From the NCBI GenBank assembly GCA_000934665.2, contig KZ538815.1, forward strand, positions 1-46,341: 46,341 bases of DNA. The letters are read 5' to 3'. Both the position numbers and the translations under genes were made by a program. Under the pieces are notes generated by a model. That model searched no databases and was not told the origin of the DNA. It worked only from the letters and a program-made list of their open reading frames with translations. The stretch is from Catajapyx aquilonaris. Taxonomy: Eukaryota. Positions within the stretch are counted from its first letter, which is position 1. Every line of letters starts with the position of its first letter. This document shows, piece by piece, positions 23,001-35,000 of this stretch.

Positions 23001-26000
23001 AACAGTGGCAGCTCGAAGTAGCATACCATCGTCAGTGCGAGGTGCCACAGTATGGAAGAGACGCCTAAGAACCTGAAATGAATGTTTCCTGAGTTACATG
23101 TGTACAAAACACACACAGAGTATATGAAAATCAGAATAATGCAACCTATCACAATGTTCCCAAAAACTATAACAATAAGTTGAAGCTCACTTGAAATGGC
23201 AGTGTTGGTAGGGATGGTGCAGAAGGTGATGCTAATATGTCCCCACCGGCCCCATCATCAGACACACCAAGCACCAGACGCAACAAAAGCCGTGCCTTGC
23301 GGCGGTCTTCAAGTAATAACTCTGCATAACCAGGAAGACGCAAAAACGTGCCAAGTGCTGCTAAAGAGTGAGGTGGCACTGATGGAGGCGCCACAGGAGA
23401 AGCCGACTTTGATCCATGTGATATGCTGTTAGCCATCATAGCTCCTGACATGTCCTCATAGTCCTCATAAAAGTCTTCATTGTCAACTTTGACCCAATCA
23501 GATTCAAGAAGTGCTTCAGGTGGACTCCCAACACTATTTCCAACACTGTTTCCTAGCACCACACCAGCACCATTTTTAGTTCCACCCGCACTATCAACAC
23601 GTGGCCCCACACCAGTTCCACCGCCGGCTGATGGGTACACCAATGGCAAGTGACGGGCCAACAAACTGAGTCCACCAAGAGCAGTAAATTCATCCAGTGC
23701 TGATGCCAACATGGCCGTTGACATTCCTGCACTCGCTGTCTTGCGACGCACCTCCAAAGTCAGGTATCCATCTGACAAGGCTGCCCCAGTGTCAGCAGCT
23801 TGACGTAATACCTGCAATGTTCGAATGCCTTTGGTTAGAATATACCACTACTTCCAAGCTAACAGCATATTCCAGACCATATCAGATCCAGTAAAAAAAG
23901 CCACAAATACTTCACTGTAAATCTCAAGGGGAGAGTAAGAAATTGTACCAATTCTTGTAAATAGTTAATCAAGAAAAGCTGGTGTATGTACAGCACAACC
24001 TATGCCCTATGGCTACAGTTATTAATAATTATTTCTTCAAGACAACAATGATGATTATCACCACTGGTACTACTTCACTTGAAAACAGCCACCCAACTTT
24101 TACAGTGAAACTCTAACGTACTCTGCTATGGGAAAAATTTAAGCCCTGCAGCAAAAGTTATACCTGAGACAGTGTCATTTCAGAAGCAAGGGAATGTGAT
24201 TCCAATGCAAGTTCATAGCCGGCAGAGGTTGGCGCTGGGGCAGCAGGACGCTCTGGAGGCGTCTCCTTGGCACGCTTGTCCTTTGCAAATATGCCAGCTG
24301 CAAGTGACAGCTGATCAGCCAAGTCACTTAATGACATCTCTCGAGGACGAGCCTGTCTGACTGGTGGTGCTGGAGCATCTAGCACTGACTGCAATACACT
24401 GGCACAGGTGGCACCAGTTGTTACTGCGACCACCTGGTGATGATGCCCTACACCAAACCGTGGGTGGCGCTCGCTGACAGAGGGAAGTGCAGTGGGTCCT
24501 GCCCTGAGTGTCACTGGGTCATCTCCCATTGATACAAGATTAATGATAATACGTTCATCCTCCAGCAGAAGTTGCAGAACCTTTGAAAAAAAGGATGCAA
24601 GTAATTAGCCGGTGAGTTGAGAATCAGTGTTCACATTGCACATATATGTACTGTTACACACCAGACGCCTAGTAAATCCTGATCCAGCATCGCTGGCACT
24701 TGACTCTCTCTGTCGCAATACATCACACAAGGTTTTAGCCAAATGACGTTGGTTCTTTGGATGAGCAGAGCAACACCTTGAAAGGAACACTACAACACCA
24801 TCTTCCAGAGAAGATCTATCACAGTCATCCAGTTGAGTAGCAGCACTAACACAGAGAAGACGAAGCAGGGGCAACCAGAAGGATGACCCTTCTGGACCCC
24901 CCAGCCAATCACGTGCAGTGCCCTCCAGACACCATGATGCCAGGCAGTCTAGAAGCCAGCCCACCTGGTGGGCTGTGAGGCAACGTGATGGTGCCTCTGG
25001 TGACGTCCGATCACAGAAATCTGCCAAAAGTGGTGCATTTAGTGCCAAATGGCCAGAAATATTTCAACAGGGACAAATAATGCCAACAGCAGCTGACCTG
25101 TTATTGCATGGATTAAGACCGGCAGCACTCCTGACTGAAGCAAAATGTCAAAGGCAACCTTGGACCTTGCTACTCGTCCAGCCAATGCCAACTTGTTCTC
25201 ATCAAGACCCTGCAACCATGCCACCTCACTTGCAGTAGCCTCGCAACACTTGAGCTTGCTGTCATCTGACTGGTTGCTGGTAGCACCTCCGTCAGTTGCC
25301 AGAGGGACACCCCAAGAGCACAGCAGAGCTTCGAAGAGGGCAGGCTGATGTGCACATGCTGCACAGACTACGTTCTCTGCAGACAATCTCAGGGACTCCT
25401 GGGCTGGCAGAGCAAGGGCCCAGTCAGAAAGAGTGAGGAACACCTCCCGACTGATGCGGGCACGACCTGCATCCCACAGGGCACAAGCAATAGCCTGTAA
25501 AGAGAATATGCTATTTAAAATGCTGCTAAATCGCATAAGGAGCAAAGCTACACAAGTTCTTTTGCCATACCTGCACATAAGCAGCACAAGGCTGCATCGC
25601 ACTGAGGGTCCCACATGCCAGAGCTCTGTTGGCAGCACTGTAGAGCCACCCAATTGCTTCAAGTACTGCATCTGGTGCTGTATTGGAATCTGTTCCTTTC
25701 ACAGTGCACAGTCTGAACAGTACATGCACTGCAGAGTCTACATTGACCAGATGTCGCCAGACACTGAGCAAGTTGTGAAGTGCTACTATTATCGCACCAT
25801 GGTGCACTGGTGGTGACAGTAAAATGAGGAGGAGGAGGCGTTCAGGGCAGGTGGGGTCTGAGGGAGGAGGGGGAGAGGTGGCAAGAAGGGATGCAACAGA
25901 CTCGACTAGGGCAGGATATGTTCGTGCTTTGTCCATCAGAGTCTGGCCCTGCTGTTGCTCTGACAACTGCTGTTCAAGACGCAGGACTGCTTCCAGGAGG

Positions 26001-29000
26001 ACAAGCCAGTTGGCACTAGTGTAGGAAGAAAGGCGAGAAAATTCAGTCATCCACATTGCTGATCTCCCAAAAGGCAAGAATGTCAAGATTTCAAAATATA
26101 TTTTCAACTAATTATTAAATATTGCTCAAGATAATTAAACCTTGATAATGAGCAGTGTTAAACCATATATTCCTCCTCTTGCCTCCCTCCCATCATGACC
26201 AATCATTCTTCACTTTTAACATTAACATACTGACCTTGTAGCTGCCTGTGGACTAAGTCGTCTCCTCTCCTGTGGTAATGTTTCCCCAAAAGCTGTTGTT
26301 CCCAGCAGTCGTACCTGTGAGAGGCCAATGTTGGACGAGTCCCTGGGCCTGTACAGCCTAAGCAAAATGGAAGAAGTAACCTCAGGTGGGTCAAGCCTGA
26401 GGCGAACTAGCGTGGCTCCACTCGTTCGAAGGGGAGGGCCTAATGGGCACCACTGTTGTTGGCTGGTTCCTGAGGCTTGTGACCCTGATCCCTGTGAACT
26501 TGCACCTTGGGTTGAAGGCGCCACACCTCCCACTTCCACTGACACAGCAGATGGGCATGCTGCAGATAAACAAAAAATGAGTGTGGGAACCACTTGTACA
26601 TTTGACAACCAAAATATTACAAGTTACACGAAAACCAATGACACTTTCCAGTAATGAAATAACCAAAGATTCCGTCCTAATTTGTCAAGCATCAGAAGTC
26701 ACACACACTCACTCCAGTTGTACAATTAGGGCAACACATTATCCCCAGGATTAGATTGCGCAATACCCAGTAAGGAGAAAAAACATTAAAGCAAAACTCA
26801 CTCGCTAGTGAGCTTAGATGTGGCTGCAGGTGAACCTCCCTTAGCAAGACAGCGGCAGGCAGTGTGACCACCAGTTCTACCCAGTCCTCAGTGGGCATTA
26901 AGTGGTAGGACCAGGCAGGGGTCCTGGCTCGCCGATGAGGGGGGCAGGCTTGCACCAGGATCTCCGGAGGCTGAGCTGCTGCTCTGCTCTGGCAAGTGAC
27001 TCGTCCAAATGGGGCAAAGTTTACCATCCCTTCCGTGGACTCTGCCAGCTCTGCCTTAGTGCGGCTGCTCACCCCTGTTACAAAGCCAGCATCGAAACCT
27101 GGTTTATATCGGGGGAATCAGGAAGGGGGATAATGTAAATACAGAAATGAACAAAGTATGGACCAATGCAGTTATCTCTCAACTCAATTTCACCATTTCA
27201 TCCCTTAGCACTCCAATTTACAGGGTGAAGGTAACACTCACCCACAACGGTTGGCGCACCATTGCCAGATGTTGCAGCAACACTGCGACGGCCTAGATGA
27301 TGCATCATCATTGACACTAGCCCAGTGGAACCTCCTGCTGGTGCTTGACAACACCACACCACGTTGGCACACACTGTTGCCAAGCCACTGTGGCGCTCAA
27401 ACTCATCAACAACTCCTGGCAGTTCTAACACCCTCACCACAAGCCTTAGCAGTGCATCTGACATGTGGCATGCCCCAGATGACAACCCAGTCTTGAAGAA
27501 TGCCACCAGTGGTTTTATGAAATCAGCATGACTAGAGCTGGATTGAGCCAGGGCTAGGGCTAACTGAAAAGTTGCTTCTGGGACTGCATCGGAACCATCA
27601 CTGGACACGCTTAACCCTGACAACAGTCGTAGTACAGTTGGTTGCTGCGCCACCACTGCATCAGCAAGGGGTGTAGCCACGCATTTCTGCTCATCTGTTC
27701 CAGCTCCACGAGGTCGAACAATTTTTGACACCAGTGCAAGCATGGCACACAGCAGTGTCTCAGGAGTTGCACGCAATTGTCGCTCTGAGCTCTCAGGAAT
27801 GTTCCGTGAAAGTGCTGCCTCGGCTGCTACCATTGCTGAGAGTCGTTGCTCTGAAGTTGTCTTCCCTGACAGCACTGACAACAGCAAACCTGCAAAAGAA
27901 ATTGTAAATTGTATATCACAGCATGCAACACATGGAAACCATAAGAACCATCACTATATAGACGACCATCTGAAATGTGGCAACCAGACATGATCTCAAG
28001 AAGTGGAAGGCTTTGGTACCTAACCAATATACCATCATGTTACCTGTTTGCATACACACTCTTGCCAATGGTGATCTACTGTCCATACCTTGATCGTATG
28101 GCAGACTCGCTGCAGGCTCCTCTGGTGCTCGCCCGCACCGAAGACGGTCGGCACCAGCCAGGTGCTGATAGGCCAGTCGGCCAGCGTCTTGTGCAAGAGC
28201 TACTGCGCTCCCAATTTCAATGCTGTCCCCTGCCGAGTCTGCTCGTGCTAGCAAGTGTGACACCAAAGCCATCTGTGCATCAATGGCACCATAATGATTT
28301 GAGATGGCACCCCCAGGCTGTATCAGTTGACGTGCCAAATCCAATGCCAAACCATAGCCAGCCACATCCAAAACCTCCCCTAGCCTCTTACATGCTGTAG
28401 GTCCAACTAACCTTTCCATACCACAATGATCTTCAGACAAGAATCGCATCAGCACCTGCAAGCAATAAAAATTCTTACACTTGGCTCACAATAACGCTCA
28501 TTTTTCCCACAAAAAAGGGGGACATAATGGGCCTTCCAGAACAGAAGAGGTGGCATGATAACTAAACTCTTGATACATCTGACCTGATATTAAGGCATCA
28601 TTGTCAACATTCATACCTGTGGCAGTGTTCCCTGGCCAGGGCATTCAGAGCCTGATAACACCTCCAGGGCTAATGTCCATGCCCTGAGCGTAATCCCAGG
28701 ATGATAAGCTAGGGCCTGTAGCAGTCCGAACACAGCCTTGTCACTCAGACCACCTGGTGCGTCAGATCTAAGTGACAACCACAGTTGAAGAAGCAGTTCC
28801 AAGCTAACCTGAAACATAGCACAACTTATTTTACTGATAGAATAATTTTATTTCGAGTCGGGTAGTATTATTATCAGTCATAAAACCCAGGTTAAGAAAC
28901 TGTTTCTTGAAAGTTTTGTAATTTAAACTGTCCCAGTTTTTTATGCAAGACAAGGAAGGCAATTTATTACTTGGGCAACATCTTCATGCCCTCCTTCAAT

Positions 29001-32000
29001 TTGAAAAATAGTGGAACGTTTTTTTGCACAGTTAGAGGGCGAAATTCAGATCCTTATTAGTCTGATGACCGCAATTACTAGCTGTAAAATGGGATCAACT
29101 TACAGGTGCATCAGGTGAATGGAGTTGTGAAAAGACAGTGTCAAAACAATGGCGAACTGCCTCGGATGAATCAGCTTGCGCAGTAACAGTAGCAGGCTGT
29201 GCTGGCCTTTGTGCTGGTTGAACCAATGGTGTTGCCACAGCGCGACTAAGGACATCAGCTTGAGCAGCAGCAATTCTGCGGAGGCGTACTTCTGCACCGA
29301 CATCTAGCCCCAGCTCCATTCGTGCATCAATTGCAGTTGACATAGATGTATCGATTCGTGTGGCTGCAGCAGCAGCATTGGCAGCACGTCTAGCAGCCTT
29401 TGAGGCCATGGCAGCCCGGCGGAAGCCAGAGCAACGGCGATCCAGTATGCCCCCCATCGCATTTTCCATCAGATTCTCCACTTCTGAATCCGAGTCAGTG
29501 GGGGAGGGGAAGTCAGCACCTAAGATGCAATGACCTGTAAGTTGATTTTATTCAAACAATGTAAATCCATTCTTGCAAAAAACCACACTTGTCCAAAATT
29601 ATAAGGAACCAATGTCTCACAACCAAAGTAACTTTTCTTACCCTCCTGATTTTTGAAAATTTGTGTAATTTCTAATTCTGCTTGGCCTATAGTGTTGAGA
29701 AAACATCACCTCCGCTGCTAATTTCCACGTTAGCAGGGTGAAAATACAGCCAAAAGGCAATGTTCCAAAGCCACAACACTTGCATCCAGTCGCAAGTCGC
29801 TGGCCAGCGCCAACGAGGAATAAATAGGGCACAGGCAGGCTGTAAAGGTCCTTTGCTATGGCACTTCACAGCAAGAACACGCGCGAATTTGAATATTTTT
29901 GCTTTATGAGCTCCTTTAATGCACTATTCTACGTATTAATTCCGTAAGTACGAAAAAAATATTCAAATTCGCGTGTGTTCTTGCTGCGAAGTGCCATGGT
30001 AAAACCATCAAAGATGGCGGACCTTTACAGCCTGCCTGTGCTCTATTTATCCCTCTTTGGTGCTGGCCGGCGACTCGCGACCGGATGCAAGTGTTGTGGC
30101 TTTGGAATATTGCCTTTTGGCTGTATTTTCACCCTGCTAACGTGGAAATTAGCAGCGGAGGTGATGTTTTCTCAACACTATAGGCCAAGCAGAATTAGAA
30201 ATTACACAAATTTTCAAAATTCAGGAGGGTAAGAAAAGTTACTTCGGTTGTCAGACACTTGTCCCACCAAGCCTGAGATACTATTATATCAGGGTTATAA
30301 AACAGTTGAAATTATTCATGCAGCAGTAGGGCTCCAACAAGTTCACCCTAAATTAGCTTTCTCTCTTCACACACAGTATCCAACATCAAATCTCACTGCA
30401 TATAACGTAATGTATCAAAACCACTGTGCTGTATATTTCGGTGGAGAAGACACATTTATGTGTTTTCCGGGAAACCTGCTGTCGAGCCTTAAACCGCGAT
30501 TGCTGTATTTTTGGCTACTACGGCAAATGCAATTGATTTCAATATAAATTCAGTGCAATTATTACAAATATGTCCATGCATTTTAAAGGAAAATTAAATT
30601 CAAAAATCAAGATGTCTGCAAGCTCCAAACAATAGCGAAGTCTCACCAGTGGTTTGTTCTTCTATAAGGAGGGGATCCAAGGCTGCTGCATCCAGCTCCT
30701 CCACCACTATCGTGCCAGTTGTCTCAGTGTCATTGTTGTTGCTTGTTGTGGGTTCCTCTGCAGTGGATGGTCCTGCTACTGATACAATGGCAGTCACCGA
30801 TGAGGAGGCAGATGGTGGTGGAGTAGCATCCCTTTCAGCTACCAAACAAAAGAAGCATCATTTCTGTTAAAGTAACTTAATGGTACTGAAAGGAATATGA
30901 AACACAGCCTAGAATTTGACCAAGGCAGACAACTGCAGGGTGTTTAAAACCTTTGCACATTCAACTCTGGCAGAAATAAATGTCCAATCAGTGTTGTTAT
31001 GTTTCATCAGTGAACAATCAGGAGTTTACTGGATATCGTGTAGCATCACTTCGGACAATGCCATAAAGAATGAGTTAGAAATAACTTGAACAGTTATCGG
31101 AATGATGTGTCACTAGATCTCCCATTTGGGGATCCAAATTGAGTGTGTACGTGACAAGAATAAAGCATCCCTTTACCTTATTTGACTCACACATGGAGGA
31201 GAAAGGCATTTTTCACTTACCCCTGAGGAGCTCTTGCAGCAATGTTGCTAGGGAGTGATACAACCAAGGCCTAGCGTTTGAGTCTGGAGCCACTGCCTGC
31301 CTGACAAGTGTGGCTAGTCGTTGCGCATCAGCCAGCTCCCTAACCCCAATAGTTGGCTGGCAGCAGTGGGCTAGCCTCGCAATAACCTTGCAGGCCAAGG
31401 AAGCACTGTCCCACCCTGGAGTCTCACTGTCACCACACAGCATGCCCAGCAGAGACTTGCAAACAGCCAAGACCAGGGGACGGTTCAGCACCAGGCACTG
31501 CACCTCTGCCTCCTCTGCTTCAGGTTCGTCCTTTGCCTGTTTTGTTAGAAACACAACAATATTAACCCCTTGAAATGTATAATTAAGGTCAACCAATGTG
31601 ATTTATCTTAAGTTGCATATCATTTAACAGCAGAATGCAACATAGGCAATCGTGAGCAGTCTTCCAAATATGGTGTAATTGATGCAGTGTCAAAGGCTTG
31701 GATAAGCCTGCCATGAATCATGAAGGTGTACACTACCTTGATGAGATCTTCTATTCGTAGCACTGCTGGAATTTTCCCTTTCTTTTTCTTTTTGTCTGGT
31801 TTGCTGCTCTCCATGGCTGCCTTCTTCAGCTCGGCTGTTTTAGCCACCATCTTGGCCCCAACAACTCTAGGCAGTCTCCTGCTCAGCAGGCGTGCAAGCA
31901 TGGGGTTCCCTCCTGGATCCCCAATGTGGTTGCCATTTGCACTCATGGCCATCTCTGCATGCAAGAAGTCAAATGGTGCCCGCCTTTGTGGAGCTGCTAC

Positions 32001-35000
32001 ATCCATTACAAGAGACACATAGAGTAGTGTCCAGTCCAAAAGTTGTGGGTCTTGCAACTGTCCACATGCAGCTGGTTCCAAAACTGCTTCCACAATGGCA
32101 GCACCACACCCTGCCTCCCTGGCACTCTTCTGTGCCATCCACGCCAACAACAGGAAGACTCGGTCGCGGGGAAATATTGCATTCTGGCTCTGCCCAAACA
32201 GGTCTTGCAACTGACGTGACAGAAACTGGCCCCACCATGGTGCTGAAGAACATCGGCGAACAAGTAGGGCTGCTGTTGCCAAGCGAAGATATTCACCCTG
32301 CAAGAGGATTGAAATCCAGGTTATAACTCAAATAGTTGGTCATTTCCATTAGGTCATTTAACACACTCTATTTATACTATAACTTGTTTTTGACACCCAT
32401 TATCATAATCATGATAATAAAAAGCATCAGAAGTTAAAATTTTCACATTTCTAATATAAGTTGATTAAATTATATGAATTGGTAATGAAAAAAAAACAAA
32501 AACAAACAACCTAAGCACTGTTATTGAGATATTAAAACAAAGTGACCTCCGATCAGTAATGCTGAGATTCGTCAGAAAACTTGTCAGGAGTTTACTGGAT
32601 ATTGTTTGGCATCATTTCGGATTAGGCCACAACTACTTTGCAAGTTCTTTAAGCAAGTTGAGCATTAACACTGATATTGTTCTGCCTGTCTACTACTACT
32701 AATCTTCTATTGCACTAAAAAAAAACTAAGAAGCTTCCCAGGTAAAAGAGGTACTTTACCTGTGAGACACACAAACGCCGGAACAAATCTTGACACTCCT
32801 GGGAGGAGACATCAACACCATCACCACAGTTCAGCAGCACATCAACACACCTCTCAGTAAGGGCTGCAAGCTGTTCCGTTGAAGGTGGTGATTCCACTCC
32901 CTTTGCTGTTCCTCCCAACCTCTTGATAGCACCACGTACTACATTGAGTTGCTGGCGATAGGCCTGGCATTCTCTGTACACTGCTGTCAGCTCCTCATCA
33001 GGGCTTTCATCTACGAACATGTTACCACACTGTGAAGACATCATAGATCTGAGCCTCCCACATGACAAAGCATATCTGCATCGCATGTCCTCCAGCAATG
33101 CACCAAGAACCCTGCGGTGTTCAGGGCGTCGGACAGGCACTCCATAGAAGCATCCCACTGGTATCCGACAACGAGTTGTGCTCATCCCATGCCGCCCTAC
33201 AGCTGTCAGACGGAGGTACCTGCACCTAAGTGGTGGTTGTAGGTCAGGCAATACTAATGGGCGGGCACCAATGTCAGTGCAAGTGGCCAGCCTTGTACCA
33301 TCTCGGTCTTCGCCATCCTCCCAAGCATCAAGTGTAAGTGTCAAGAGGTCTGGACAGGAGGGGACCCAAACATCAGACAACAGGACAGGACAGCCAAAGT
33401 CCAGCACAACAAAGCGACGGGCTCCTGAGTGCATGCGCTCAATCACTAGTGTCTGCTGGGCAGGAAGGGTGGCCAGGTGCTGCCATGATGCACTTTGTTC
33501 CTGGATAAATACAGGAAAACAAGTTTTAAAATTCATGAATGCAGGTTCTAAGTCTCAATGAAACCACAGCCTATTCCAAGCAACTCTTGAAAAGAATGTG
33601 GACTTGTTTGAAGAAGTTGAAGTTAGCAGTTGGCTCACAGATGGTAACAAGTTTCAGGAACATGCAAGTCGGATAATTTCAATCCACTACTCTCTGTGCC
33701 TGCATCAATTTCTGACCTACGATCAGTGTAGTAATGTTTCGTCAGTGAACTTCAGGAGTTTACTGGATATCAAATGGCATCATGTCGGATATGGTCAGAT
33801 TAAAAAGAAACAGGACAAAACCAGCATTCTTATCATTCAAACATACAAGCACGCACAGTGGCTCTCTTATAATGCTATTTCCAAGAGAACCCAACACTGA
33901 CTGTGAGAAGCTTATTTGACACCTCCTTAGTGTGCTGTACCTGCGGAGTTGGCTTCAGGCATGTAGGTAGAGCTGAGTCAGAAGCAGCAGCTGATGGAGA
34001 GGCATCATCTGTGTTGCCTGATGCTGATGTTGCATCAGCAGCATCAGCAGAATTGCCTGGTGAAGCAGCAGCAGCAGCTGATGGGGCAGCCATTACTTTA
34101 GCCTGCGGCTCAGCTCTCTCCACCCTTGTGCCATCAGATGCTGAGTGGCACGTGAAATGGAGAGGCTCAGATTCAAGAAGTCCTTGGAGTTGGCACCACC
34201 CAACACCTGTCGGCAACACTGCTTTTGAAGCACCACCTGAAACAAAAGTAATTTTAAAATGCATCCGAAGTAATGCTTCCGTTCGGAACTTTTTAGTCAA
34301 TAAATCAGCATGTAATTGTGTTTCAATTTCTTCCCAGAGGAACCAATGAGAGAAGCCTCTTTACCTTGTGCCCCATTGCTCCCAACACACACCAAGTCCC
34401 TCAGGTCAAACTTCTTTCCTTGCTGTCCTCCTCCGCTTGCTCCTCCCCTCCCTCTCCCGCCTCCACCCATTCCCCCTCCACCCCCTGCATGAATTACTCC
34501 TGACCAACTGGACCCGCCATGGTTGAATGGAGCTAAGATATCGGCTGTGGTGGTGGCTATCATGTGTCCTGCTGACGCAGGAGGTGGAGGTGGGGGAGGG
34601 CCAGAACCCCCTCCCACTACCTGGTGAGTCGTCAGTCCACCACTGCCTGCCATCCCATGAGACAGGCCAGCACTGATTCCACCTGGTCCCACAAGGACTG
34701 TCCCGGCAGAGGGATGGTCTCCTGGGTGGCAGGCAACCACTCCTGCATAGGTCAGCACTGTAGATGTTGACTTAGCAACACAACTTGACTCCAGATCATA
34801 CATTTCCTGCTCCAGGGGACATCCATACAGACCATACCTGCAACAAGAAAAAGAAAAGTTCAGAATTCACTTTACTCCTGCACAATAAAAATTACAATTT
34901 TATACAGCTAACTAGCAAGACCCAATGTGCCACTCACTTGGCTCTTAGAATTGAATGCGCTCTGTCAACTCTGTGGTCCAGTTGCTTTGCAGCCTGAAGT

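Noticed and set aside
26016..26066. Unusual GAG acceptor at 26064 suggested by the ORF track
   Set aside because: A much stronger pyrimidine tract + TAG acceptor at 26016 has the same phase and better matches the homologous S-x-x-W-L motif.
31100..31160. Hairpin followed by ACA next to snoRNA paralog A (possible H/ACA RNA)
   Set aside because: No H box or convincing 5' hairpin, and the pocket geometry is ambiguous.
33727..33738. D-adjacent segment of paralog C complementary to U2 UGUAGUA
   Set aside because: Only about 7 nt of pairing, and not conserved in paralogs A and B.
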